From Mediterranea sp. (GTDB taxonomy: Bacteria; Bacteroidota; Bacteroidia; Bacteroidales; Bacteroidaceae), in assembly GCA_031261785.1 (NCBI GenBank), contig JAISIZ010000094.1:1471-65470 (forward strand): a stretch of 64,000 nt of DNA, read 5' to 3'. The notes beneath the pieces are model-generated. The model made no database searches and was not told the origin of the DNA. It saw only the letters and a list, made by a program, of their open reading frames with translations. Within the stretch, counting starts at the first letter, position 1, and every line of letters begins with the position of its first letter. Shown one piece after another: positions 51,210 through 60,571 of the stretch. The translations under genes and the position numbers were made by a program.

Positions 51210-52568
51210 ATGGATAAAACAATTCCTCTTTTGCCAACTGCTCTATTTGGGCTGTTGCTTAGCGTTGTTCCGTTGCATGCGCAGGAAACGTCTGCTCCCG
51301 GGAGGGAGATAAACGAAGCTATGCGCAATCAAGCGCTTCAAGACGGACGTATTCTTGTAGGATATATCTCATTTCCGATGGGTTCGTCCGACATGAACAG
51401 CTGGTTCAAGCCCAATGCGACCGAACTGGGTAAATTGGAGTCCTTCTTCAGAGATGCCTCACGCGACCCTTTACTCTTCCTCGGTACGGCCGAAATCAAA
51501 GGGGGGGCTTCCATTGACGGATCGTTTGCCCTGAACGAAAAACTCTCTGCCGAGCGCGCACATGCACTCCTTGAGATCTTAGACGAGCGCTTCGATATCA
51601 GCGAGAAAATCCCGTTGCGTGTCGTAGCGATAGAAGAAGATTGGGAAGGGCTGGAGAAACAGGTCCGCGAAACGCCTGCTACGCTATTTCCCCAAAAAGA
51701 CCAAGTGTTGCGCATGTTGCGCGAAGTCTCCGATGCGGAACAGCGCGAACACTTGTTGCGTCGCATGGACGACGGGCGCGTGTGGAACTTCTTGAAGGAG
51801 GAGGTCTTCCCGCAGCTGCGCCTCTCCACGCTCACCATCGTGTACGACAAAGCGCGCGTGCAGGCCTATCTGGATGAACTCGCCCGCGAAAAGGCCGAGG
51901 CCGAACGGGAGGCTGAAGCCAAGCTACAGGCCGAAGCCCGCCGCCGCCAAGCGATGGAAGCCGCACGCCTTGCCGAACAGGAAGAGGCAGCTCGGCAGGT
52001 CCTTCTTCTGGCGGTACAAAAGAAAATTCGTCCGCGACTGGCCGTAAAGACCGACCTCCTGACGCTCATCGGTATCACTACCGAACCGAACTACCGCTCT
52101 CCCATGATCAACCTGGAACTGGAGTGGTTCTTCTCGCCGCGCTTCTCGCTGGCCGGTTCGGCGCTATTCAACAGCTTCTCGCACGCCGATGAGTACGACA
52201 AATGGTGCGTCACCTCCTACACCCTCGAACCGCGTTGGCGCGTGTTGCCCCTTGACGGGTTCGACGGCCTCTACCTGGGCCTCTACGGACGCGTGGGCGA
52301 CTACAAGTACTTCAAAGAACCCCGCGACTTCGAAGATATCAGCCACACGGGGCGTTATCAGGAAGTGGGACTCTCCGTGGGCTACACCTACACGGTCAAG
52401 CAATGGCTTTTCGAAGCAGGCACCAGCGGTGGCTACCGACATGTCGGCGGCAAGGAATACATCTATGTTCCCGCCACTAATCGCAATCATTTCCTCGGTC
52501 GCCAGAATCGGAACAAGGTAGCGTGGACCTCACTCTTCTTGCGCGTTGGCTATCAATTCCAATGGTAA
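51210..52568 (+). CDS. OmpA-like domain + coiled coil + DUF3575-like beta-barrel (pilus-associated OM protein)
   Basis: Signal peptide, GGASIDGS...NEKLSAERA, EDWEGL, EAEA-rich helix, AVKTDLL...NLELE...GYQFQW. Confidence 0.8.
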   Translation: MDKTIPLLPTALFGLLLSVVPLHAQETSAPGREINEAMRNQALQDGRILVGYISFPMGSSDMNSWFKPNATELGKLESFFRDASRDPLLFLGTAEIKGGASIDGSFALNEKLSAERAHALLEILDERFDISEKIPLRVVAIEEDWEGLEKQVRETPATLFPQKDQVLRMLREVSDAEQREHLLRRMDDGRVWNFLKEEVFPQLRLSTLTIVYDKARVQAYLDELAREKAEAEREAEAKLQAEARRRQAMEAARLAEQEEAARQVLLLAVQKKIRPRLAVKTDLLTLIGITTEPNYRSPMINLELEWFFSPRFSLAGSALFNSFSHADEYDKWCVTSYTLEPRWRVLPLDGFDGLYLGLYGRVGDYKYFKEPRDFEDISHTGRYQEVGLSVGYTYTVKQWLFEAGTSGGYRHVGGKEYIYVPATNRNHFLGRQNRNKVAWTSLFLRVGYQFQW

Positions 52569-52603
52569 CCCCGAACAGCACACACCTAAAAAAAGAAACA
52601 GTT

Positions 52604-53509
52604 ATGAAAATAAGTATATACATGCTGCTCGCTTTAGCAAGCACGGCGCTCATCGCCTCGTGCGTCAGAGAATCGAATATAGAGCCGGAGCTTCCCCGAG
52701 TACCGCTCGAATTGACATACAACTATCCCGAAGGTGCCGTCAAGCCCGTCAACGGAGAGGTAGTAAACATCCTCTCGCATCCGGCCAAGCGACAGGTCGG
52801 ATCCTACGAGTCGGCGCGGTCTCCCTTCACGACCACCTTGCTACCGGGCGAATACAAGCTCTATATTTACTCCCACGCTGACGGCATACAGTTGGACAAC
52901 GCCGAAAACTTCGACCGCGCGCAGCTCCGCGCGAATGCCAACTTGGCTCCGATAGGGCCGCTCTACTCGGCCATCGTCGACAGCTTCTACGTCGATCCCA
53001 TGACGTGGACCCGTTCCCTGAATTGTACCATGCAGCCCATGAGCGGTATCATACGCCTGCTGATAGAAAACAATACGGGGATAAACTTCACCAACTTTTC
53101 GGGTTCGCTCAACGGACTGGTCAAGAGTCGGCTCATAGCCGACGGCTCCGCCCTGTTCGACGAAGGCGAGGGAACATACAATTTCTCGACCGCTTTCGAC
53201 GCGCAAACCGCCCAAACCACGATCGACATCCCTTGCCTGGGCATTTTCAACCCCCATCCCGACAAAAATGTAGCGCCGCGCTACACCGCCAAAGTGGCGA
53301 TAGACATCTCCACCACCGCCTCTCCCATGCCCGAACATATAGAGCGCGACATCACCGCGCAGCTGGGAGAGCTTATGGGCGGTGCCCCGAGCGCACTGTA
53401 CCAAACCGTCAAGATTGTGATTGAGGGTGCCGACCTGGCACACATCAACATCAAAATCAGCGTGCTGCCGTGGGAAGACGGAGGCGACACGAACTATAGC
53501 GCAGGATAG
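52604..53509 (+). CDS. FimB/Mfa2-like pilus anchor/assembly lipoprotein
   Basis: Lipobox IASC with no Arg processing site, LPGEYKLYIY, C-terminal ISVLPWE; operon context. Confidence 0.7.
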   Translation: MKISIYMLLALASTALIASCVRESNIEPELPRVPLELTYNYPEGAVKPVNGEVVNILSHPAKRQVGSYESARSPFTTTLLPGEYKLYIYSHADGIQLDNAENFDRAQLRANANLAPIGPLYSAIVDSFYVDPMTWTRSLNCTMQPMSGIIRLLIENNTGINFTNFSGSLNGLVKSRLIADGSALFDEGEGTYNFSTAFDAQTAQTTIDIPCLGIFNPHPDKNVAPRYTAKVAIDISTTASPMPEHIERDITAQLGELMGGAPSALYQTVKIVIEGADLAHINIKISVLPWEDGGDTNYSAG

Positions 53510-53594
53510 TACCGATACGTGCAAACGATTTACAGATTAATGTTTTAAACAGTTTTTTCTACCGTTCATTTCCAATTTTTAAAAACAACGATTT

Positions 53595-54707
53595 ATGAAC
53601 AAATTATTTTTCTACACAGCGGCTGTTTTCACCATGCTATTCGCGTCGTGCAGCCAAAACGAAGAGGTTGTGACAACAACATCCAAAGCTAAAGACGCCA
53701 CACTAAGTGTAATGCTTGTGGGACAACCTTTGTCGCGTACAGCCGGCATCCCGGCTGTTTCCGGAGATCTGCCCGGCGAGAGCAATCTGAACACCGTCAC
53801 CATGGCCTTGTTCGACTCTACCGGAAATCTTAGCAGCGAGATTAAAACCTTCACTACCGATCTCACCGGAACGTTGAACATCAACGTAATCTCTGGAACC
53901 GGGCAGACCCTGTTCGTGCTGGCCAACATTCCCGAGTCATACTTCACGGGGTTGACAACATTGGCAGAGTTTTATGGTGTCAAAGCCAAACTGACCGACA
54001 TCCTAAACGCTGCCGGTGAATTCGACAGCTACAAATTGCCCATGATGGGAAAAGTAGACAATATGACTGTCACGAAAGGCGACGCTTTACTCGTTGACGT
54101 GATCATGACACGCATGGTTGCCCGCGTGATGCTCAACAGCATCGACATCCAAGTGGGCACCAAGCGCCCAGGCGCGACGTTTGTCCCCACGCGTGTCTTC
54201 ATGTATAACTCGGCGACCGAAATGCTGACCGACCCGACCAAGGATTTCCTGAGCACGTGGTCGGCTATCAATACCGGCGAGGAGTTCACGAATCCCACCG
54301 GCCTCGAATACTTAGGCAACGACTATGATGCCTTGGCGCCCAACAACAAGTTCTGGTATTACATTCCATCTTATGAATACGATGCCACCGACCCCGATTG
54401 GGAAGATCGTCTGGTCAAGCTGGTCATCAAGGGACAGTATAAGGCAAGCGCCACCGACGCAGAAAAGACTGTCTACTACATGATAGTCGTCAACAACGAC
54501 CAATATGGCGCTGTCACCTTCACCGGGAACAACCCATTCGCCGGCGACGGTAAGATCTACCATAACACCACCTACACCATCAATGCGGTATTGAAGGGGC
54601 AGGGTTCCGATAGTCCCGGTGATAACGTTACGCCCACCATGCTCGACGTCAACCTGACTGTTGATGGCTGGGCACTCGACATCACACAGGACATTACGTT
54701 TGGCTAA
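53595..54707 (+). CDS. Type V pilus major subunit (Mfa1/FimA-like lipoprotein)
   Basis: Lipobox FASC, LSR processing site, MTRMVARV, NTTYTINAVL, C-terminal donor-strand-like VNLTVDGW...QDITF. Confidence 0.8.
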   Translation: MNKLFFYTAAVFTMLFASCSQNEEVVTTTSKAKDATLSVMLVGQPLSRTAGIPAVSGDLPGESNLNTVTMALFDSTGNLSSEIKTFTTDLTGTLNINVISGTGQTLFVLANIPESYFTGLTTLAEFYGVKAKLTDILNAAGEFDSYKLPMMGKVDNMTVTKGDALLVDVIMTRMVARVMLNSIDIQVGTKRPGATFVPTRVFMYNSATEMLTDPTKDFLSTWSAINTGEEFTNPTGLEYLGNDYDALAPNNKFWYYIPSYEYDATDPDWEDRLVKLVIKGQYKASATDAEKTVYYMIVVNNDQYGAVTFTGNNPFAGDGKIYHNTTYTINAVLKGQGSDSPGDNVTPTMLDVNLTVDGWALDITQDITFG

Positions 54708-54742
54708 TCTCGGAATGGCCGCGATTCCCATATAATGAACTT

Positions 54743-54788
54743 CGGCCTGCCGCCAGATCCGGATCACGCTTGATGCGGCGGCAGGCCG
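54743..54788 (+). terminator. Intra-operon stem-loop after the major pilin
   Basis: CGGCCTGCCGCC / GGCGGCAGGCCG perfect 12-bp stem; 22-nt loop containing GATCCGGATC. Confidence 0.65.
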
Positions 54789-54824
54789 CTATCGGTTACT
54801 AACTTTTTACATCATAAAAACAAT

Positions 54825-56774
54825 ATGAAAGCAACTGTTTACAACATAGTGTTTATGCTCGTCACGCTCTCGGCCACCTTGGTCGGCTGTCGGAGCGAAG
54901 ACTTCCCGGACATAGGCAGCAACGGCAAAAAAGTAGCAGTGCGCTTCTCGATCGAAGCGTCTGAAATGGCGACTAACTTCCTAACGACACGTAGCCAAGC
55001 TACCGAAGCCGAAAGCAAAATCGATAACGTCTATCTCCTTATCTATCACGATAGCAAGTCCGTTCCGGCTCAAGACATGCTTGTGGACGACACGGTGCAT
55101 TACTTCGCCTCGCTGGACGACTTCAACAACGGTGCCAGTTTCGAACTGGCTCCGGGCAACTATATCGCCTACGCCTTCGCCAACGTGAACAACAGTTTCA
55201 AGTCCGTCAATGGCGACAACAGCGAAGATCCCTTCACCACGGCATACGCTTCTCCCCGTAGCAACCTGCTGGATAATGCCGTCAGCTATGTGCCGCAAGG
55301 ATCAGGATTCACTATGGATAGCTTCAAGAGCAGTATGGAAATGTCGGGCAGTGTAGAATTTACGGTAGTGGAGAACGTCTCAAGCGGGCAAAGGATGGAG
55401 ATGCACCGGCTCGTTTCCAAGCATGTCGTCAAGGCGGTCAAGTTTGAGAACAGCAACCCCAGCGGCATCGTTGTCACCGACATCAGCCTGCACAACACGC
55501 CGCGCCAGAGCTATTACGTGCCACACCCGCTCTCTACCGAAGACGATATTGACGACGCGGACGAGGCGGCTTCCGACGCCAAAGGCGCGGTGGGCAACAT
55601 GGCGCGCTTCGAAGACACCTCCCCATTGACTTGGGACGGCGCGTCGGATCTTACCTTCTACATGTACGAGAACCGCCAAGGCTTGAAAGTCGTCTCCGAC
55701 CAAAAGGACAAGAACTTCAATATTGCCCCCCAAGACGCGGCCTACCTCACCATCACCGGCTACTCCAACAACTTCGGACGCCTGACGTGGAATATCTACC
55801 TCGGCGGCAACATCACCAGCAACTTCAACGTGAAGCGGAACAAAAGCTACATTTACGAGATCACCCTGGGTGAAGACGACCAAGACGTGCGCATCGTGCA
55901 AGACTGGTACATAGCCCCCAGTGGCACGTGGGCCGGCAGCAACATTTACTGGAACGGCACCAATCTCACCTTCGACGTCAATTACGACCCCGCCTCTCCC
56001 CATTGGAACTACCAAGGCGTCTATTTTCGTTGGGGCAGCCTCGTGGGCATTAGTTCCGCATCCGGCGGAGGACAATTCTGGACCGGCACGCAAGTCTACT
56101 GGATGAACGCCGCCGGATCTATGGCGACGGACGCCACTGATCCGGAGACCCCCTGGGCGCTAAACTATGGTGGGAATGACCCCTTCCGCGTCACTCTTCC
56201 CTATTTGGACGACATGACGATCACCAACGCATCCGATCCGATCTACAACGATAATGTGGTGATACAGCCAAACGACAGGTTCCAGGTGTTCCAAAGAGGC
56301 GACATCTGCTACTGGCTGGGACGCCTGGGCTATGCCCCCAATGGTTATCGCTTGCCCACTACTAACGCCGCTGTGGGAGACATACCGATCCAGACGTCGT
56401 GGCTGCCCGCCAATTTGGCTGACCTGCAACAGCCGGAAAGGGCAGGAGAGGACGGAGGAACCACCGCGCTACAGAAGAATGCCTTTACCTTCTATCCGCA
56501 GGCATCCACCTACCCGTACAAGGAAACCAAGTTTCCCGCTTCGGGCATGCGCGTAAACGAAATCGTCGCGCCCGGAGATGAAAACGGCAGTGTCGTGTAC
56601 GTGGGACAAAAAGCGCTTTACTGGACAGCGGACGGCGCGAACGGTACCGGCGACGCTGCCCTCTTCGGTATCGAAATAGACAATTTTGGCACACTCCAGA
56701 TCTATTCTCCAACCAACGTCTTCAAACAAGAGAGACGCTACAATGCCTATCCCATTCGCTGCGTCAAGAAGTAA
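54825..56774 (+). CDS. Type V pilus minor/tip pilin with C-terminal lectin-like (Fib_succ_major-like) domain
   Basis: Lipobox LVGC, TRS, FYMYENRQG, FNVKRNKSYIYEI, GVYFRWGSL, GYRLPT, YWTA, YPIRCVKK. Confidence 0.8.
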   Translation: MKATVYNIVFMLVTLSATLVGCRSEDFPDIGSNGKKVAVRFSIEASEMATNFLTTRSQATEAESKIDNVYLLIYHDSKSVPAQDMLVDDTVHYFASLDDFNNGASFELAPGNYIAYAFANVNNSFKSVNGDNSEDPFTTAYASPRSNLLDNAVSYVPQGSGFTMDSFKSSMEMSGSVEFTVVENVSSGQRMEMHRLVSKHVVKAVKFENSNPSGIVVTDISLHNTPRQSYYVPHPLSTEDDIDDADEAASDAKGAVGNMARFEDTSPLTWDGASDLTFYMYENRQGLKVVSDQKDKNFNIAPQDAAYLTITGYSNNFGRLTWNIYLGGNITSNFNVKRNKSYIYEITLGEDDQDVRIVQDWYIAPSGTWAGSNIYWNGTNLTFDVNYDPASPHWNYQGVYFRWGSLVGISSASGGGQFWTGTQVYWMNAAGSMATDATDPETPWALNYGGNDPFRVTLPYLDDMTITNASDPIYNDNVVIQPNDRFQVFQRGDICYWLGRLGYAPNGYRLPTTNAAVGDIPIQTSWLPANLADLQQPERAGEDGGTTALQKNAFTFYPQASTYPYKETKFPASGMRVNEIVAPGDENGSVVYVGQKALYWTADGANGTGDAALFGIEIDNFGTLQIYSPTNVFKQERRYNAYPIRCVKK

Positions 56775-56822
56775 GCGGAATGGTCGTCGGCATCACAAGT
56801 ATATATACACTTTGCCCATTTT

Positions 56823-56865
56823 TGACGGGACGTCCTTTCTTCGTGCATGCAAGGACGTCCCGTCA
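56823..56865 (+). terminator. Terminator of the pilus operon
   Basis: 15-bp perfect inverted repeat TGACGGGACGTCCTT / AAGGACGTCCCGTCA followed by a T-rich tract. Confidence 0.75.
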
Positions 56866-57051
56866 TTTCTATACTTCTTTTTGCTGCTCATGCCAACGAA
56901 AGAGAGGAGGCGAAACAAAAAAACGAGGAAAAGTATCCCCAATAGGCTCTTTTTATTGGATATTGTTGTATATTTACGCCAGATAAAGATTCTTTCAGGA
57001 TAGAGAGACACAAATGCGTAGAGCATAATTAAAGTAAAACAGATAACAGAT

Positions 57052-58815
57052 ATGCGTAAAAGAGGAATTTCATTTGTTTACCTTGCATTAAATGTTTTCA
57101 TGCATCTCCATGCCGTGGAACAGAACCCTTTCGCCGATATGGCGGCGGGCAAATCGTACTTATCGTACATTGGGCAACTGCACGACGTGGGACGTAGATT
57201 GGACAAAACACGTCCCGACGAGTGGCTGCTCACTATTTCTCGGCTGCGCGAGGCTGGAAAGACGGACTTGAATATGGAACTGGAAGCCCGATTGTTGGAA
57301 ATCAGGTACCGACAAGACGTGGAAGGCCAGTCGGCGCACGTCAGCGCGGACGAGCAGGTGGAACTCGCTGCCCGTGCGGGAAGTAGTGGCCACATTTATG
57401 CGCGGTTGCGCATCCTCTTCACCCTTTTCAGTAATTACCGGAATGTACTAAAGGACTTCGAAAGCGCCATCGGCGTGGCGGAAGAGATTGTCGCGACATC
57501 CTCCGGGGTGGACGAGAAGACGTTTCCCTGCATCCTCCGTTACTACGCGGAAATTGGTGAGCTGTGCTGGCTGTTGGGATACTACGACGAGATGCAGGCT
57601 TTGATGACGTATGTGACGCGAAGTCCGCATGCGGCCCATAGTGTACGCGCTCTGGCGTTGGCTTACAATTACATGGGTCTTTATAACCTCTATCAAAAAC
57701 GTTATGATGACGCCGAACACATGTTCCGTCTCATTAGCCATCGCCAGCACATTGCCAGCATGGACGCGGAGGTGGACGATGAATGGGCTGCCATAGCCGA
57801 GGGCAACGTCGGCTACGTCCTTTACAAACGAGGGGAGTATGAACAAAGCGTTCCCTACCTGAAAACAGGATTGGAAGGTGCGTCCAAAGGGGGACGCGGC
57901 ATTTACGCCGCATGCAAGTTCGCTGTTGCCCTGGGCGACATTTGTGTCAACCTCAACCGTCTCGATTCGGTGGAATATTACATTCGGGAAGCAGAGAGGT
58001 ATAACAAAATCAGCCCCTTCGGCCGGCATGAATTTGATCTTTGGATCCTAAGGAGCGAATATAACTTTGCCTTGAAACAGGAACACGAGGCAAGGGCGGC
58101 TCTTGACTCCGCGCTCGAAGCTTCTTATCGTTTTCGTGAGGCGTTCAATCTCAATAAGGGGGTGCGTTTTAGCCGCGGCACGCGCATAGAGAAAGGCGAG
58201 AGCACGGATGCGCGTTTCCTTGTGTCGCTGGTGGCTCTCGTCATTTGCCTTGGCGGCTACCCGCTATATCATTACTATCGAAAAAAACGCGTGGCTGCCC
58301 CTCCCCCTCCCCCTGAGTCGACATCCACGGGAGAGTATGGGGAATTACTTTTCAATCGGATAACCCAATATATGGAAGAAGAGAAAATTTATCTGCAAGC
58401 CGACTTCAATCTCAAAAAGATGAGTTGCGACTTGGGCATTAATCGTTCGTATCTCTCCTCGGCCATCAACACACATGCCCGATGCAATTTCCGTACATTA
58501 GTCAACAATTACCGTGTACTTGAGGCTATCGGCTTGCTCGAAAAGAACGACGAAAACAATCTTTCCATCGAAGCTATCGGCGAAAAGGTGGGTTTCCCCG
58601 ATCGTTTCCGCTTCTACAGGGTGTTCAAGGATATCACTAAATCCAGCCCGATGCAATACCTGAATCAGCGAAACGACATCGCCGACAACACCTCCATGGA
58701 CAACCTGTCAATCCGGATAGATTGGTTGAAGAAGGGTGAGAACAATAGGAGCTCATCGCGCTTAAACAGGTTCAAGGCCAGATGGAGGGAGATACGCGAA
58801 AGTACGTGGCCCTAA
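57052..58815 (+). CDS. Membrane-spanning TPR + AraC-HTH transcriptional regulator
   Basis: N-terminal hydrophobic segment, TPR-like helices (AYNYMGL, GNVGYVLY), TM FLVSLVALVICLGG, AraC domain (GINRSYLSSAIN...IGEKVGF...FYRVFK...SPMQY). Confidence 0.85.
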   Translation: MRKRGISFVYLALNVFMHLHAVEQNPFADMAAGKSYLSYIGQLHDVGRRLDKTRPDEWLLTISRLREAGKTDLNMELEARLLEIRYRQDVEGQSAHVSADEQVELAARAGSSGHIYARLRILFTLFSNYRNVLKDFESAIGVAEEIVATSSGVDEKTFPCILRYYAEIGELCWLLGYYDEMQALMTYVTRSPHAAHSVRALALAYNYMGLYNLYQKRYDDAEHMFRLISHRQHIASMDAEVDDEWAAIAEGNVGYVLYKRGEYEQSVPYLKTGLEGASKGGRGIYAACKFAVALGDICVNLNRLDSVEYYIREAERYNKISPFGRHEFDLWILRSEYNFALKQEHEARAALDSALEASYRFREAFNLNKGVRFSRGTRIEKGESTDARFLVSLVALVICLGGYPLYHYYRKKRVAAPPPPPESTSTGEYGELLFNRITQYMEEEKIYLQADFNLKKMSCDLGINRSYLSSAINTHARCNFRTLVNNYRVLEAIGLLEKNDENNLSIEAIGEKVGFPDRFRFYRVFKDITKSSPMQYLNQRNDIADNTSMDNLSIRIDWLKKGENNRSSSRLNRFKARWREIRESTWP

Positions 58816-58903
58816 CCCGAGGCGAGGTTGACGCGGGGTGAACTCCGCTCACCGATAGGCTGGTAGATGCCCGTGGGGAAATTGAAGGCGTAGTAAGTCT
58901 TCC

Positions 58904-58955
58904 CGAATCCGCGATTGAAATTTGTCGATCTCGCGAAACCTCCATGCGGTGCGTG
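58904..58955 (-). repeat. Dispersed ~52-bp non-coding element, copy 2
   Basis: Reverse complement matches 20251..20302 at 45/52; begins 11 bp after the MFS stop. Confidence 0.9.
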
Positions 58956-58966
58956 ATTACACGGAA

Positions 58967-60571
58967 TCAGATCATGTCGTCGCCCGTCTTGGCGTAAACC
59001 ACCTTGATGGTCTTGTGGAAGGGAATAAAGCGCGACACGACGGCGATCACCAAAGTGATAATCATCATGTAGCCCAGAATCTCCTTCAGCGCCAGCAACG
59101 TGCTTTGCTGCATCAGGGTGGTGTAGAGGTTGTTGGTGGCCATCTGCGCCGCCTCGGCGTGGCCGTGCCCTTGCGCGATAGCCGACTGCAGGGCTTGGTT
59201 GTAGCGCGACACGGCCAGAGGGTCGACCGAGGTGACCGTCTCCGAGAGCGAATACATGTACGACTGCTGCAAGCGATAGAGGGCGTTGCTGAAGAAGGCC
59301 GTGCCGAACACGGGCGCCAGCACCGAGCGGAGGGCGATCATGAAGAACGCGTTGGGGATGAGGTAGCGGGGATCGAGATCCTCGGTGGCGAACAGGGCGA
59401 AGGCGATGAACAGCACCATCATGCCCACGCCGCGCAGGAAGATGGGCAGGTAGAGCATCTCGTAGGTGGATCGGGGCGAAACGGTGAAGTAGAGGATGCC
59501 GAAGAAGAGGGTGAAACAGCCCATGCCCCCCGCGATGAGGAAGCGGAAGCGCCACCGCTGCCACCTGAACCACCAGAAGCAGATCAGCCCGCCCACGGCG
59601 AAGCTGAGCGGCATCCAGATGTAGAGCGTGTAGGTATGGGTGGCGTCGACCTTGAGGATCGCGGTGAGGTAGTTGGTGATGAGCGTGGTGGAGCTGCTGA
59701 AGAACATGGCCAGCATCATGTAGAAGTAGGCGATCATGCACTTGGGCTGGAACAGTGGCATGAGGTTGACGTAAGGGTGGCGCGAATAGTGCTCGCCCCA
59801 GATAAAGAGCGCGATGAGCATGGGCGCGAGCACGATGTAGACGCAGACGCGGGCCGAACCCATCCAGTCGAGCAGCTTCCCGTAGTTGACGGCGTACATC
59901 AGCATGAGCAGCCCGGTGGAGATCACGGTCACCTCGCGCACGTGCAGCTCTTTCCAACCAATGGCTTGCAGCGGCTTGTTGTGCCTGAAGCAGATGGCCA
60001 CCAGCAAGATGGCCAGCAGGATAAGGAGCATCATGAAGTAGTACATGTACTTCCAGTTGTAGTGGTAAGCCAGCTGCGCCGTGAGCACCATCGAGAGCTG
60101 TCCGCCGCCGTACACCATGGGATAGAAGTAGGCGTAGAATTCGCTGCGGACGTCGTTCTTGCTAAAAATTCGCTTGGAGTAGCGGATGAAGAGCACGATG
60201 ATGTACTCCTTGAGGAAGCCGATGGTGAAGCTGCACACGATGAGCACGTCGATGGAGCTGGTGCGGGCGCAGATCCAGCTCAGGAAGAACTGCAGGGTGA
60301 GGTCGGCGATGATGAGGAGCTTGGCCGAGACGGCCGACAGCACTCTCGGCACCAGCGGATAGCCTACCGCCATGCCGGCGGCGGCGGAATAGAAACCCAT
60401 GGTGATGTCCTCGGCATTGGTGCCCAGCGTGCCCGACACCTCGACCATGCTGCCCGTGTACGAGCCGTTGAGCATCATCACCGGCAGCACGGCGGCGAAG
60501 ATGGTGACCGTGCCCAGCCAGTCGGGTACCCAGTCGCGGACGGGTATCCCGAGTTCTTTCATCGATATCAT
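58967..60571 (-). CDS. MFS (EmrB/DHA2-like) efflux permease
   Basis: About 14 hydrophobic segments; in an operon with EmrA-like and TolC-like genes. Confidence 0.85.
   Translation of the reverse strand: MISMKELGIPVRDWVPDWLGTVTIFAAVLPVMMLNGSYTGSMVEVSGTLGTNAEDITMGFYSAAAGMAVGYPLVPRVLSAVSAKLLIIADLTLQFFLSWICARTSSIDVLIVCSFTIGFLKEYIIVLFIRYSKRIFSKNDVRSEFYAYFYPMVYGGGQLSMVLTAQLAYHYNWKYMYYFMMLLILLAILLVAICFRHNKPLQAIGWKELHVREVTVISTGLLMLMYAVNYGKLLDWMGSARVCVYIVLAPMLIALFIWGEHYSRHPYVNLMPLFQPKCMIAYFYMMLAMFFSSSTTLITNYLTAILKVDATHTYTLYIWMPLSFAVGGLICFWWFRWQRWRFRFLIAGGMGCFTLFFGILYFTVSPRSTYEMLYLPIFLRGVGMMVLFIAFALFATEDLDPRYLIPNAFFMIALRSVLAPVFGTAFFSNALYRLQQSYMYSLSETVTSVDPLAVSRYNQALQSAIAQGHGHAEAAQMATNNLYTTLMQQSTLLALKEILGYMMIITLVIAVVSRFIPFHKTIKVVYAKTGDDMI

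Noticed and set aside
50980-51237. Small ORFs on both strands between the ATPase and the pilus operon
   Set aside because: The region is occupied by a hairpin, direct repeats and a promoter; no coding features.
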